Source of the DNA: Tubulanus polymorphus
Taxonomy: Eukaryota > Animalia > Nemertea
Direction: 5' to 3'
Length of the DNA: 64,000 bases
Assembly (NCBI RefSeq): GCF_964204645.1
Contig: NC_134026.1
Span: 27,066,150 to 27,130,149 of the forward strand
Shown here piece by piece: positions 49,765 to 64,000 of the stretch. Every line of letters begins with the position of its first letter. The stretch's first letter is position 1. The notes below the pieces were generated by a model that ran no database searches, was not told where the DNA came from, and was given only the letters and a program-made list of their open reading frames with translations. The position numbers and the translations under genes are program-made.

Positions 49765-52700
49765 CTAAAAAAGAACAAAATATCCAAAACCATTATCATG
49801 ATATTACATTGAAAGTAAAATTTGAAATGGTGACAGTAATCAACGTAAATTTTTGTCCTTGAATACCGAAAGGATTAACAAATAAAATAGCTTTTAGCTA
49901 GATCGTGAAGCAATAGAGGGTTTAATGGCATGGAATGTAGAATGTTTTCTAATGTTGTTCATACTCTGTATCAAAGTACAGAGTCCGACTTGGGACTTTG
50001 ATATAGATAATGCTTGGGAAACAGCACATGGGATTATACACAGCAATGCATGCTTGATAATTTATGAGAAATCTAACGATAAGTTTCCTCTGCTTTGTGC
50101 CTATCTTATGTGCAGCTGTGCATCCACCCCATCTACGGTATATTACAGGTGCTTACGACTATTTCACTCAAAATCTATTGATATGGAAATCCGTCAGATA
50201 GTCAACAGTCCCATATCAAGAAGAACATCCTACAAGCAACGATTGCTCATAGGTTTTACCTAAATATGTTCATGGTTTTACCATCCAGGTAAAACATGGA
50301 GAAAATCTTTTTTCATGGTATGTCCATGGATGTACATCCACGCATAGATGACTATAGAAGAGGAATAATCTACGGTGTTACACTCTATATCAGTAGTATT
50401 CAATGTTTGAATAGCCAAACAACACGACATGCAAAACCCACTAAAAGCAAATTTATCACATTCCTTTATGAGCTACAAAGTAGCAACAAGTTTATCTGTT
50501 TAATATCAATAAGCAATTCCCTAAATTTCCTCAAGTTGTAAGCACTTGCTATTATCATTTTAGATTGATTTGAATTTGATTATTTACTTGTATTGATTAA
50601 CATAATTCAACATTTTCAAAGGTCAGTAGTCCAGATGACTAATATGGAATGAATACTTTCAGCTCTCCACTTCGCTCACTGCTCTAATTAGAAATGGTCT
50701 CTCCCACTGGGAATGTCTAATAGCGATATTACTTTTTTTATCGATCTAAAACAACCAATTATATGAAGAGTCACCAAAACAAAAAGAACTATCCGCTACA
50801 TATTCAAAATTTTTAGAAATAAACTCATTACTCAATTGTCCTGCAACACATATGTATGATACGGATAAATGCCTATTTCTAGTCTACCCAGGAACAAATT
50901 ATTTGCTTATATAAAATATTTTCTCCAAAACATCATTAATCAGAAAGAAAGATAAAAACAGCCAGAAAAGGTTATAAAATCAAAGATTCTGTTAACCGTA
51001 TTATTAATATATAGTGCAACCATTTTTTTTTCAATGAATACTTTTTTCATAAGAGTATCAAGGCAAATCATACAATTATGTTAAATATTCTCTGGGTAAA
51101 ACCTGTCAAAATATTATCCCAAGAAGATTTTCATTAATTCATTCAATGCCAGCAGCAGTGGATGATAGGGGTGTTATGCATTCATCGCTACCAAGGGAAG
51201 AGTACAGAGAACATTACAAAGAGCCCAAGCGAATCTTAAGCTAGTCAAGGTTGCCTTGGCAACAGAACCCCACCTGAACCAACCTACACTCCTCTTGTCC
51301 ATGCATACCCTATGCACGATGTGCTCAAGCTCTTGTAGCGAGATCACTGACAGATTTTAGAGCTCCCCACAACTGTTCAAGGATATAGTACCGTATCCGA
51401 TATTGATTTGACTTACATTGATTGGAATGACATCACATATATTAGAAAATTTCACAAAAATGATTTCCCTGTTATGGATAAAAAGTTTTCAAGGAAATGA
51501 AAGTATGCAATCGTTCAGTTTTTCAAGTCATTCAAAACTAAAAGAATTCATTTTCATATAAATTTCCAAGTACTATCGTTTAATTGATAATTCCTCTTTG
51601 TTTTTTTACACTTTGTCTCATTTCATGTTAAGTCCACAGATTACATTTTATTGTGCTAATACGAAAACTTAAATCGTCATTATCAACAAGAGCTATATGT
51701 TAATGGGTACCAATCATTTTAACTATCCACAAGACTTTCAAATGATTTGAAAAATCGAGTAACATATTTAACATTTATGGATTATAAATGCTTCCTTTGA
51801 GTGAAAAAATTATAATTCAATTTGTATACATAAGGACAGTGACCCTTGATATAATAAGGACATATACAGGAATTGAAACATCAAACCATTTCATGACTAA
51901 AATAGGGAAGTTAAATAAGAAGGCACTGTTCATGTGTATTGACAGTGTAATGTTATATCCAAATAGGTTAAATATTAAAGTAAAATCCATTTTTCAAAAA
52001 CATCTCAATGCTTCAGAGTACGTAGATTTCTTTTTCATGGACAATTGTTGAATGTGAACATAACATAACATAACAAACAATTAAAGTCAAATTTTATACA
52101 ATTTTGTGCTTTGTTATTCCTCTCAAATTTCAATTCTTTTCTTTTGCAATTTCAAACAGAAAATCATAGTTTTATATGAAATATTTCCATAAAAAGAAAA
52201 AAATTGCATCATGATATATGAACCCGAGCCGAGTTTGGTGTGACGTCATACATGAACAATGGGCGCACAGCGTACCCGTAACGCGATCATGGCATAGCGC
52301 GTACGCTGTTATAATGTCAGAATGACTACGTCGATATTCCATCGAACAGCACACCCCAATACAGGCAAAATAGCTTCCATACATTTTCGATCAACATATA
52401 TCGGTAGTCAATGTCTACTTCCACGGATACGCTTCCATCATGACACGCTTTATAGTCAAAATCTACGTGGCAGATAGGGACACACATTGAACCTCTATCA
52501 CACCCCTACACCGCCATGTTTGCTTCATCTAATGGTCCATGGTCACAAATATTTACCTCCTGTCTAAAACCGGGTTTCAAACGATACCAAATAACTTGTG
52601 TGAATGTATGGGATAATATCAAAACGATCCTATATTGTGTAAAAGACTATATAAGGCTGTGAAAGAAATATTCCTACCTCTCTTAATAGGGAACTCCGTA

Positions 52701-55700
52701 TGCAAACTATCGAGCGATACGATGTACCCGTTCAATGCGCGATGAGGCACACTACAGCACCCCGCCAGCTTGTGGCTTAAGTGTGCGCGCTTGCGTCGCC
52801 AAGGCTGCACTCCACCAAAACAAAGAAATTAGCATATGGGGGACAAAGCTACCCTCAGCTGTTACTGATTAAATATCAAACCATTTATACTTGCGTAGGA
52901 AAAAAATTGAGGCGGTGTCTTTCGTGCCAACATGATGTCTCCCCACAGATTACCATTCTCGGTCTCGGAAACTGTTGATTATATTTTTACTTTATCATTG
53001 GAGTCCCGTTTGAATAGATTTTTCGAACGATAAAATTCAGAATGCAAGTGACTGTGTCAACTTAGATTTGTTTTCTCTGATGCAACGATTTTACCAAAAA
53101 CGCGCATTGCAAAAATCTTTCTCTAGACTCCCTTCTATAACTTCTATAAAAAGTCGAAGTCTAACTCGGGTGTTCAGCTGAATTTAGAAAACAGAAAAAA
53201 CTTCTTCTTGACGTTCACTCAGCGCAATTCTCATAGGTCAGATAAAAATGAAAAATCTGATTATTTCTAAATTGAGAACGCTTCTCAAATTACACTAAAC
53301 CTGGTAATGATATTATTACCCGCACCGGACACGTTTCTTCATATAATCCCTTTTCGTCTACGGGATCAACGTTTCTTCTGAATTGCTTGCCATATTTCTA
53401 AAGTTGGTAACTTTGCAATGCGTGACAACTAATTGATATGAAAAATGGATATCTAAAAACCCAGGAAAATTATCTACTTTCATCGTGCGCCATCTTTCAA
53501 TTTAGAAAGGAAACAGTCTTACATGCGTCGAAACGCAGGCCATCATTTTGGACATTTTGGGGTCACATTCAGGTATACAAAAGGGACGTAAATTTTCTAT
53601 GGTGGTTCATATTTTTGTTTATTTTGACAATCATCCATATTAGGTCAGTAGACGTGACTGAGTGCATATCTCCTAATGATGGCCCTCCGGGTGCGATGGG
53701 TGCCAAAGATGCTTAAATGACCGCAATTTTTCATAAAATATGCTTATCGTATATTATATCATCATTCCACTTGAATTAGCTGTTAGTAGGTGCATAAACT
53801 CGCTTAGAATGCAAATCCAAAATTGTTCGAATTGTTGGAAGAAAATAAAGTGCACTGCGCGTAATTTATAATGGTAACTAGAACATATTCAGTGTGGTTT
53901 TTATATATACATGTATATATTTTTCATATCAAAACCATCGAAATAAGAGTCGAAAGATGCTTTCATAAATGAACTTATCAAATTTGTGATTTATGGTTAA
54001 GTCGCAATTATACCTTCAAACCAACCAGCCATACCATTTACTTGCAAATTACAAATGACGCTTTGTCCTCATCACGCCGAGCCGTCAATAACTTTTAGTT
54101 CCTGGATGATTTATCAGATGGCAGCAGTTTTCAACTGATTCAATGGACCAACAGGTCGATGGGTTAGAAAATCTTCCTTTTTAGATTGCATAATGGAGCT
54201 GACTTCGACCTTCGCGTTTCCTCATATGTTTCTGTTATATGTTCGCCTGATTTGGGATGCGGCGGTCTCAGTAATAATCTAGTGGGTATATGCATGGGCC
54301 CAGTTTGGATATCCTGTTGAAGGGGACACAGAAAATGCGAAGCCAGAAGATATTGAAAAATTGAAACAAGGAGATGAATTTTTGAAGAGTTCTAAAGGTA
54401 ATAAAGCCCGAATCTTTTGATTTTTTGTATCTTTAAAACATTTTGGGGACCCACAAATGAAACTCATAGATTTCTCTAGGGTCAGGTGGGGGTTGCGTTA
54501 ACCATGAGAATCCCAGGATATGCCACCCTGGTATATTATACAGTATAGGAAAGATTAATACACAAAGTGCGCCACGTTTGGTAACATCTACCAGTTTAGT
54601 ATTACGGGTTATTTTTTTGGTGTGTGCGTGGTGCTTAAATCCACAAAGTGCGAAATAATTCGGGTGATACCATTTTTTTTATAAACATGGACAACCTGCA
54701 CGACGAATAACCGATATATTCATGCAACCAACAAAACAAAACAACATGAAATTCATTCAGACATAAATCGGGTGGCATATTTATTACTGCAGACAAATTT
54801 ACATCACTGAACACCAGTTTTACCTCGGCGTCCATCTTATAAAGGTAGGCATCATCTTCTGAACAACCTTTCGCTTGTACGTGTTTTAGATACGTTGTCG
54901 TTATCGGGAAATTGAAATCAACGATAGATTCGTCCAAGTTCGTATTATTATTGGCTTCAGTGGTCACGACGTGCATTCGTTTTTGGCAATGGGCGCACGA
55001 CATTAGAAACCTTGTTACAGCTTCCCGCGGGAGGAAGGCGTACGTTTCAGCGATCTACCGAAAGAAAGAAAACGAAAATACAGGAAGTGTCAATGAAAGC
55101 GCTAATTTTACTGAAAAGTTATCAGCGGTTGGTTAAATCATCGTTGATGAAAATATGTTCCCATCCAGAATTTACTTACGGCTCGATAAGTTCGTTTTTG
55201 CCCAGCATGTTTTCCACCTCTACCATCTATATCTACATGGACATTGTAAATAATGTCAAAAAAGTCTTCCACAATAGCTACTCGCTTAAAACCAGGTTGT
55301 TCCGTCGCATTTGAAGATGGTCCTTCGGCATTCTAAAAATGAATATGATTATGAATTTCTTAAACACGGACGAGGACGTTACCTTTTCATGGACAATTTA
55401 TTTATGACGTTGCGAGGTCAATGGCCAAAACATAGGGTGGGCAACAACCACTTTAGAAGATGATGTAAAATAAATTAGAATTTGTGGGATTGATGATTCT
55501 CATGTTTGATTAAAGTGTTGTTGCAATGAAAAATGGCACTTCTGACATTTATTTAATCGCGCGACAAAATGAATTTTACCACAAATAGCGATTAGTGCGT
55601 TTTAGTATTTTTAGTATGGTTCAATTTACGGACGTCTTCTTCAAGAAAAACCGATGATTGGAGTTGTCCTTGCTTTGTTGATTTGGATTAATTTTTCATG

Positions 55701-58098
55701 TTACTAAAATAATGTCAGAACTCAATTTAGTTATAAATTTATAATTATACATGTATTTCACTTTCGTTTTGACATATTACGTTTCCTATTTTAGAGTAGG
55801 GGAAATCACGAAGTTTTGATAATGCCCGAACTCAATTTACGTACTTCGCTTCAGCTTTTTAGGTTTCTCATTGAAGAAAGGGCAGTCGAAGCTAAAATTT
55901 TCGGTTTATTATCATCATTGAATTCATGGTAATCAGAGTGCGCGACGATCTCAACTTTCAGGACGTTTAAGTACGATATTTATCTCAAATCTGCTTAGCT
56001 TTGCTCCGCGCAAGGCGATTTCAGGTCGGCCAGCATCCAACTCCGGTAATGAGGAAAAGTTGCATTACCATGGAAACCAATGAAAAGAGAAGGAAACGAA
56101 CAACTGAACGCGGTATTGATTGTGAGCAGTACGTAGCGTGTTACCCCAGGCTAGATAAGTCCGATAGATAGAGCGCACCCTCTCATGTACTGCTTCCTTC
56201 CGCCTGAAAACAACACAAGAACCGTACATGGACAAAATACTGAAACGCCCATAATTCCCGCTAATCAACGCGGCTACGACTTATCTTCGGTGCGCCGAAT
56301 TGAACGAAACCGACAAACAACCGACTACTACTCGGCAGTGATTAGATGTAACTGATGCTGACAACTCCTGGGACGTCCCTTATTACGCACAATGATCCAC
56401 TAGACCAGTCCGAATTAGAATTGGCGCCTTTACGACGAATACCAACCACTCCGGATAGCACCGTTTATAAATGAATTCGATGAAGTCAGATTTTAAGGAA
56501 CAAAAAATTATTCTTATGGTGAAGAATCAAATTTGCGTCGAGAGATTTAGCCGCAGAACCCGTACAGTATATCGACCTCCTGAAAGACAACCAATCATCA
56601 TCTTTTTACGTATGAATTATTTACTGATCATCCTGCAAGATCTTACTCGAATCAGTTTTTCAGGACCATTTTCCGCTAATAAAAGCGATGCGACGTCCGT
56701 TGATGAAATCATTATTTTTTACTCAGCGGTGTTGTCGGTGGTGCTCTGTAAGCTACTTTGCCAGTCCTGCTCACACATCCGTGAATTAATAATTATCTGT
56801 CAGGTTCGAAGTACGCCGTGGAAATGAAAGTGGGCGTTGGTCCGGAGACAGATTGTCAGGGATGCGTTTGTTGATCCCGTGTCATCGCAATGTTTTAACT
56901 ACGGTGATGATACATCTATACCGCTAATCAATTTCGTCGGCCCACAATTTACAGCCATTAAATATCATCAAAATTCATCTGACTTGCGTTGGAAATTGAA
57001 AACAAATTTCTACCGTGTTATTGCGGAAGAATGGAAAAATGGCAAAACCAGTCATCTTATACGTGATGGAGTTTTTGACATTTTTATGGTAAGAATGACA
57101 AGCCGTGTCAGACTAAGCTGTGTCCAATAACTGATATGTTTTGGGAAGTCCTCACAGACCACAACCATTGATTCTTAAATTCTCCTTTTAGTCTAAGCAG
57201 GAAATTTATAAGCCTTTAAGAAAAAACTTAGCAATAAAATCTTATTACTAATTTTACTAATGAAACAATTTTCTTTGTATGAAAAAAGTTTTGAATTTTG
57301 GCAGACGCCTTTTGATGCAATAGGTACCGTGCACTAAAGAAAAGAACAAACGAATTAATTTTTAAGACCTCTCTGCAAGGTGCCTGCGCGTTAATCAAAC
57401 CCATTGCAAAGTTTGCCGGACGAATGGGAATACATCTAATTAGGTATACACTTAGGCGAAGTTCTCGTCGATCGACTCAGACAAGGCTGTCGTGCAACCT
57501 GCCGAGAGAATCGGATCTGTGCACCTGTACCTTGGCGTCTTATGGGATCTTGCGTGTAGAGAGCAGGGCAATCATTCGCTCTCCTGTAAGGTAAGTTTCC
57601 ATAAAGGTGTACAAAACGGTTACCATGGGAACGGTCCGTCCGACGATTTCTCACGGAATAAGATCCTGAACGCACAATTCTATTGGGCATTTGTCGCATA
57701 CAATTACCGTGACAGAGAGGGAGATGTGTAGCCACGCAAACCCCACAAGCTAGATTGATACAAAAAACAAACTGGTAACAAGAAACGATGAACCAGGGAG
57801 ATTGCCAATAGTCGGAAAGAAGAAAGATCGACCCATCTCAGCACGTCACCGTGTCAGTATCAGATGTCTGTGTACGACGATAAGTCACGTGACGATAAGA
57901 AATAACCGTTTTGTCTGAGCAAAGCTGAGACCATAGCAGCCCGCACCGTCAAACTTGCTGAATTTCATTTGAAAAGTTTGTAACTCTTCTATGAAAGTGT
58001 GATTAGACGAATTTGAATGGATGGTCTTGTGTACTTACAGATCATATAGTTTCGTCATGAACAAGTTAATTTGTTAAAATGATCTTGTTCATTGATAC

Positions 58099-58131
58099 CT
58101 ACGAGCAATTAGTTCAGATAATTGCTCGTAG
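58099..58131. mobile_element. 33-bp hairpin insertion with 7-bp TSD (same family as 26942-26977)
   Basis: CTACGAGCAATTAGTTCAGATAATTGCTCGTAG flanked by TTGATAC (58092-58098, 58132-58138). Confidence 0.85.
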
Positions 58132-58142
58132 TTGATACTTAC

Positions 58143-58214
58143 CACCGTCTTTCCAGATGGGCCAGATTCTGCGTCAGAAAAAGGCGTCTTTTGAGGCCAC
58201 AGTCTTCCCCGTTT
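58143..58214 (-). CDS. Candidate 72-nt phase 0/0 exon, possibly an upstream NOL4-like exon
   Basis: Acceptor TTTTGTATTGCAG and donor GTG|GTAAGT; open frame KRGRLWPQKTPFSDAESGPSGKTV is compatible with the phase-0 exon at 49764. Confidence 0.35.
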
Positions 58215-61200
58215 CTGCAATACAAAATAACGACAATAACGGTTTAATAATCTTTTTTTGTTAGTTCGTTATAAACATTTCGGGTGTAAGTAAACACGCT
58301 GCTCGGAAAGTCGTCACCGTGCAATCATCGTCGTCTCAGTTTCACCAAAGCTTTCAATCAACTTCATTTTCATAGTGAAAAAGAAAAGAAATAAGCGCCT
58401 TTAATGGGACCGGGTGATCATATACCATTTGCACAGTTCTCATGCTTTAACATTTGGATGCGATCAAAGTAACAGAATAATTAGCCAGTTAAGTGCTGGG
58501 AATATTATCAAGAGCAAAGAACACGCAAGTTTTCCTCGGCCAGGAGATACCCGGCCAAATTACAGTTATTTTAGCCTAAAGGAACACTCCACAATAGGTT
58601 ATTTCCGAGTCTTTGTAATCCAGAGGATGTGTCCGCCCAATCCGTCTCTATGGATACCTACATTCTTGTCAGAATTTACCTCATTCGTGCACCGGAGACT
58701 GCGCCGATAGGGAAATCTGGTAACGTACGTTCCACGGACGCTGAGCTGACAGCCTCGTTCAACTATTCATGGGAAAACGACACCACGGATGAGAAGACAG
58801 AAACACGAGAAAACTGAAACTCAAACGGCCCAAGTCATCCTACTTACATCTTGACATGAGACGCTGTTTCATGTAGAGCGGTCATTTCACCAGTAAAATG
58901 GCAAGATACAAAGAAACCCGAGAAACTTTCTCCTCTTCGACAGCGGTTTTAACTTTCTAGAGAAGAATGGCGGGATGGTTTACTTCGATGTAAAATCGTC
59001 ATTTTCCAAATGGAATCGTATTCAGATGTTTTGTTATCAAATTACGAAATTTAAATAGTATGAAAAAAACTGCTTCGTGACCCCGACAAATATTACGTGG
59101 AATCGGCGCACGAAGACAGTGAAAGTGCGTGTTGAATTCCAATGTTGGCTCTAGCTAACAAGGTTAACCACATCCACAAATTGGATTTGATCATCGGTTT
59201 ACATTCACAAAGCTGATGGGATGGAACCGCTACTAAAAAACAACAATAGCTTTTTCTTTCGAAAAAAAACCAAACCAAATATAAAGGATTTCGCGGTGAA
59301 GAAACGATATTCAATATCCACCCTTAATGAGTGAAACTCTTTACGAGAAATGATTCGTTGTGATTGGCTCGATTTTGAGTATCAAGCTGTCCAGCTAGTT
59401 TCCAACCATGTCGATTGATAAGTCTTAGCCTGACCGTAACTTCCGCCAGTTTCTGACTTCGTGCACAGCAGTCGTTTAAACGCGGCGTTTTGCTCGCAGT
59501 GTTCCGAAAAATCTGTCTCTGCATTTTTTTTTTAGAAGAAATCATTTCTATTAGTTAACAATACACATCTATTTGCCGAGCTAAATGATTTTCAAATTAT
59601 TGTGTGGTAAATACATTCAGAAAATATGAATACGCTATATACATTCTCCAGCATCAGTGAAAAGTTGTTTTTGATGAAGATCGTTATTCATTATTTCTTG
59701 ATCTATGGCGATACAAGGACGGGAACAACAAATCGTGCTTTGGAATGGATGGGTTATCTTTGATAAACATTCTTTTTCAGCTGTTCGTTCTCTCAAGCGG
59801 AGGAGGGCATGATCTTTGATCCGGTCACGTGACAGCTCGCTTTGGGACAATGCAGAGCTACGGCATTACAGTTGCATTTCCTGAATAAATCCTCAGTAAG
59901 GCGAGTGGCTCTCACACGAGCATTCAGAGCAAACTGCTTGCACGCATTAGCCATTTACAGGAGAAGAATTATGAAAGAAGCTTTGAATATACGGTAGATT
60001 TTTCCAGGATACTGCGAACGCATTATCTTGGTGGGTAGAGAAAAAGTAACAGGCTAACTATTCGTGATAAAGGAGTCAACTCCATCCCGCGCCGTTCCGC
60101 ACACGCGGATTTAAGATGGCCGGACGCACAAATGCGTGCCTCAAGCAAAAGTGTTTCCATGGTTACAAGAATCTTATGTCGAAATGTGGATTTAATCATC
60201 TCAATTATAACCATCAATCGGTTTGCCATCAAAAGGTGTAAAGTTCTTACGATCAAATGCATGGAAATCCTTGAAGCGCCGGTGAACCCAACCATTTGTA
60301 AAGCTTCGTGAATATGTTTAAGTAATGTATCGATTCCTAAGCGGGGAAAAATCCTGAAAATCTTCTATACCGATAAAGTTCGGTCGTAGGTAAGATACTT
60401 ATTATCCTGAACAGTTGACTTCAGTCGTTGCATGTGCGGAGATAGAATCAAGAATTTTCCGCCAAGTCGTCGCCGCGCGTTTATTAGTCACCCCTTTGTC
60501 ATTCTCGTCGAAGCATCAACAAAATAGGATTTATTGGAGATTTTTCGTCGCAAGACCGGATTTGACAGGCCACCGCTCAAGGGTTTTCCTTATGAGAATC
60601 CAAATCCCAAAGCCATAGCCATCACTTATGAATAAGCCCGCCCATTAGCAACAAGATTGTAATTTTTTGGATGAATCTCGTACCGATTATTTTGTAAGAT
60701 CGCATCTCGACAGTTAATTTCATATAAAAATATACGTTGACACAGAGTGGCCACGAAAAGACGCTCGACTATTACGGTGGTTTTCCGGTAATCTGCCTGA
60801 TTCCTCTTCGGATAAGCTTTACGTTATTGATTGCTGATTGGACGTCCGAATGCGAATATGAGACTCATAACTCACAATAAATCAGAAGTTTAGATTAGGT
60901 GAATGATATAGTGGCAAGCTCCCGTATCAAGAAATGTCATCTACATTAATTAAATCAGACTGTCAACTGAAGGGCAATAAATTCCTCGTTTGTCTCAATA
61001 ATTACCTTTAAAGACCTAACCACACACATGTCGCTGTTAAGAGATTGCCGTGATTAAATATTGGTTTTCTGGAGAGAACTGCGAATCTACCACATAATCG
61101 ACACGATGTTTAATTATTAATCGTTTTAAAAGATGGGCTGCCGCTTTAATATTTATTCCTTCTTCAGTCAATCGGCATGGCTTAAAGTGTGCGGATATAA

Positions 61201-61467
61201 AAACTGTTCGCTAAAACCACTGCCTGCAAGATTTTTATTTTCATTATTGGAATTCACATGGTTATTGGAAGCGAACTAATTGAATTTGATTATATTTCAT
61301 CTAATAATTTCATTTTAAAACGTATGTAGCTCTAGCGATGCCTCAAGGCTGCCCCGTCAGTCGAGCACTCGTCTATTCGTTTTTATCGTCAGTTTCCTGA
61401 TAAAGTAGTGAAATGAATATTCCTTAATACGAAAAGACGATGAGTAGTTGACTTATACATGCCTGCA

Positions 61468-61686
61468 CAGGCCCGATTCCCCTTCAAAAATTTGGGTCAA
61501 GATTTTTCGAAATTTAGATACAATTTTTATGTTTTTTTGGAAAATGAAAAGCAAGCTATTCTGAAAAGATTTCAGATACCCGGGCACTTCATTTGCCCTT
61601 TTTGAATAGGAAAGTGCCCATTTTTACGGTAAAAAGTGCCCTTTTCTTGAAATGGAACTGCCCCTCAAAAGCTCGGCACGGGCCTG
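61468..61686. mobile_element. Degenerate hAT-type MITE
   Basis: Ends CAGGCCCG / CGGGCCTG with internal GGGCAC/GTGCCC subterminal motifs; no TSD visible. Confidence 0.45.
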
Positions 61687-64000
61687 CTACACACTTTTCC
61701 AAAGTAATTTTTCTATTTTCCATGGTTAGACCATGCTAACGCCAACAGATCCCAGGAAATCTCGGGAAGTATACAATGTACATTATATGTCATTTACTCA
61801 GTAGCCCTTTCAGGGTAGCGTCGTACGTGATGATTTCTGCAAGATGTTGGGACACTTAGCCACTTAATGAAGCAGACACAGGGATACGGATCCGCTCTTT
61901 TAGTTTTAGGAAACAAGTGCGCAATTGCGATATTTGCCAAAGGCACGAGTGACGTTGCCCAATTACCTCCAGAGCATACACAGCTGCACACACCGGTTTC
62001 CCTTCCCTCAAGCGCATTAATGCTCGTTCTATCTGGGTGATTAGCGCCTGGTCGTACCCGGATCTTTCCACCTCTTCACTTGGCCGAGTAAAATTACATG
62101 TCTCGTCGTGTCTCCGTATAGGATTCCTCCCGGATGGTTGCATTGATCGCAAGAGCGGCTTCTCCCGTTGCGATATTCTGTGTCAATACGGCAGTACCGA
62201 TGATATTTAGTGACTCCCAGCGTATCGTCGACTCATCGAACATTATCAACACAGGACCGATATCGGATCATTTGATCACAAATGGAAAATGATACATCTG
62301 TTCATTCTCTTATTCCCCGATATGCTCCGTATATCTTTACACAGTTTTGTCTCTGTCGTCCGCGCTTAAAACAAAAACCCATGTCACCCAAAAAGTCGGT
62401 TCAAAACATAATATGATTAATGAAATAACAGTTTATTTGTAAGATGTCTAAGCCCAGTTGTGAACGGCTCAATGGTGGACCCACATTTTTTAACTTTGAA
62501 ATGGACTCATTGAACGTTGCTTTTTAGTCTTTTTGCACAAACTCTATCTTTCGACTTAACCTTTAACTGCAAACCGGGATATATGGAGAATACAGACCTT
62601 TCTAAAGGTAATTCCAGTAATAAAGAATTACTTTTTCCGATATAATTCACATCGCATCATATATAAACGTTTTGACTGAGTGAATTGACAATTGCGAAAA
62701 ACACAAAGAATCTTTAATTCAATTCTAGCGCTCGGTCACGCATTAAATTATTCGGAAGGTGAATCGTTAACAAATTAACGATTGCGGCGCTGTTGTCTCT
62801 TCAAACCACGCCCTGTACTTGCTTTTTGCCTAATACGGATCATGCCCGTATCCATCAATTTGACTACATCCTATGTGATTCGGTATAAATAACGCGTAAA
62901 TCGACCGCCGCGTTCGTCAGGTAATGTTCACCAACTATAATCAGTCCTATTAGTCGAGTCCGTTGCCATGACACTACCACGAATGGGCCCCAAATGCGAC
63001 ACACCCTGAGTTGTTGGGATTATCTATATCTACACCGTTTAGCAGACTCCTTATAATTATCTATCACATCTGACGTGGGATAACATCCACAAGTTCAGCT
63101 ACGCGCGCATATAGATATTGAAATGAATTATCTAACGTAACGAGAGAAAATGATATTATGAGCTACAGTATTCTGATCTCTATCTGATAAGAAAGGAAAA
63201 GGATAAAGATCCTGACCGATGGCTTAATCCGTTAGCCGGCCTTTTATCGGGGATTGTAAAAATGCTGAGATGTCTAAGCCGAAACACTAGTAGCGCTCTA
63301 TCTGAATTTAATTGTCCCATCAAAACGATATATTCTTAAAAGGACATCTAGATTATTGAATCAAATGAACGAGCCATTCTTGGGAATTTAGTTTTTCGAG
63401 GCCATCTGCCAAATTTCTATTTCAGTTCAATTGCTAACTAGTGTTAAACAAGAATGCTGTCAACAAATATTAATTAAAATGTGGAAATTGGAACGGACGG
63501 AATCTATTTCAGCAGTTCATTAGCGCCGCAGAAACTGATAATTGAAACTCCATGGACACGTCCCATAACAAAACTCTAAATGGTATCAACTTTTGCCGGA
63601 ACCGTAAAACCCCAGTCAACGAACAAATCAAAGGAACAGATTTCTCGTGTATCCTCTTTGACTTGGAGTGGTTTTTAGTCGCTCGCTGACGAAACGACAA
63701 AGACCAAATGGGATGTGAGATCGATCATGGTAGATGCGAGTAAAATGGCTACAAGGCATGTAATCATCCGGTATCATCACAATGTAACATGGGTGTGGTC
63801 CATTCAATTTAGCGTATATGCGTGTATAGACATACCTCCCGTCGACACTATCCCGAACAAAAACCATACATCTTTTTGCAATAAATGATTATGAAAATGA
63901 TACAGCGATAAAATACAACCATCTACAGAACATGTTACTTATAATCAATTTATTCCAATGAAAGAAAACGAGAAAAAAAAACATACGAAAAGATGCCTTC

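Noticed and set aside
54281-54530. Possible MITE
   Set aside because: The terminal inverted match is too degenerate and there is no TSD.
49925-63867. Numerous 60-120-aa ORFs
   Set aside because: No domain motifs, no consistent splice chain and mixed strands; consistent with chance ORFs.

Overview
AT-rich animal (invertebrate, probably lophotrochozoan; inference) genomic DNA with short spliceosomal introns. It carries a run of conserved genes: TMEM199(-), SFSWAP(+), an Astrin/SPAG5-like coiled-coil gene(-), TCHP(-), GLTP(+), SGF29(-), TLCD3/FAM57(+), IP6K(-, with a U12-type intron) and NOL4-like(-). About 12 kb of CpG-richer non-coding DNA follows. The main discovery is an apparently intact 11,764-bp Mutator-like DNA transposon (25701-37464), with 44-bp TIRs (one mismatch) and a 9-bp TSD ATTTTCAAC. 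It sits directly in front of the TLCD3 ATG and separates TLCD3 from the upstream region it shared with SGF29. Reading the element's minus strand by hand, an ATG-terminated exon and 10 short coding exons splice in frame into the 5.7-kb ORF. This predicts one ~2,233-aa protein: SGNH/GDSL hydrolase - C2H2 finger - Ulp1/C48 protease - S/T repeats - GATA finger - MULE DDE transposase - SWIM - 2xC2H2 - PHD. The window also holds several MITEs, two 33-36-bp hairpin insertions with 7-bp TSDs, a rearranged LINE remnant and many TA-NNNN-TA palindromes resembling excision footprints. Splice models are manual predictions; family and ortholog calls come from recalled motifs, not database searches.
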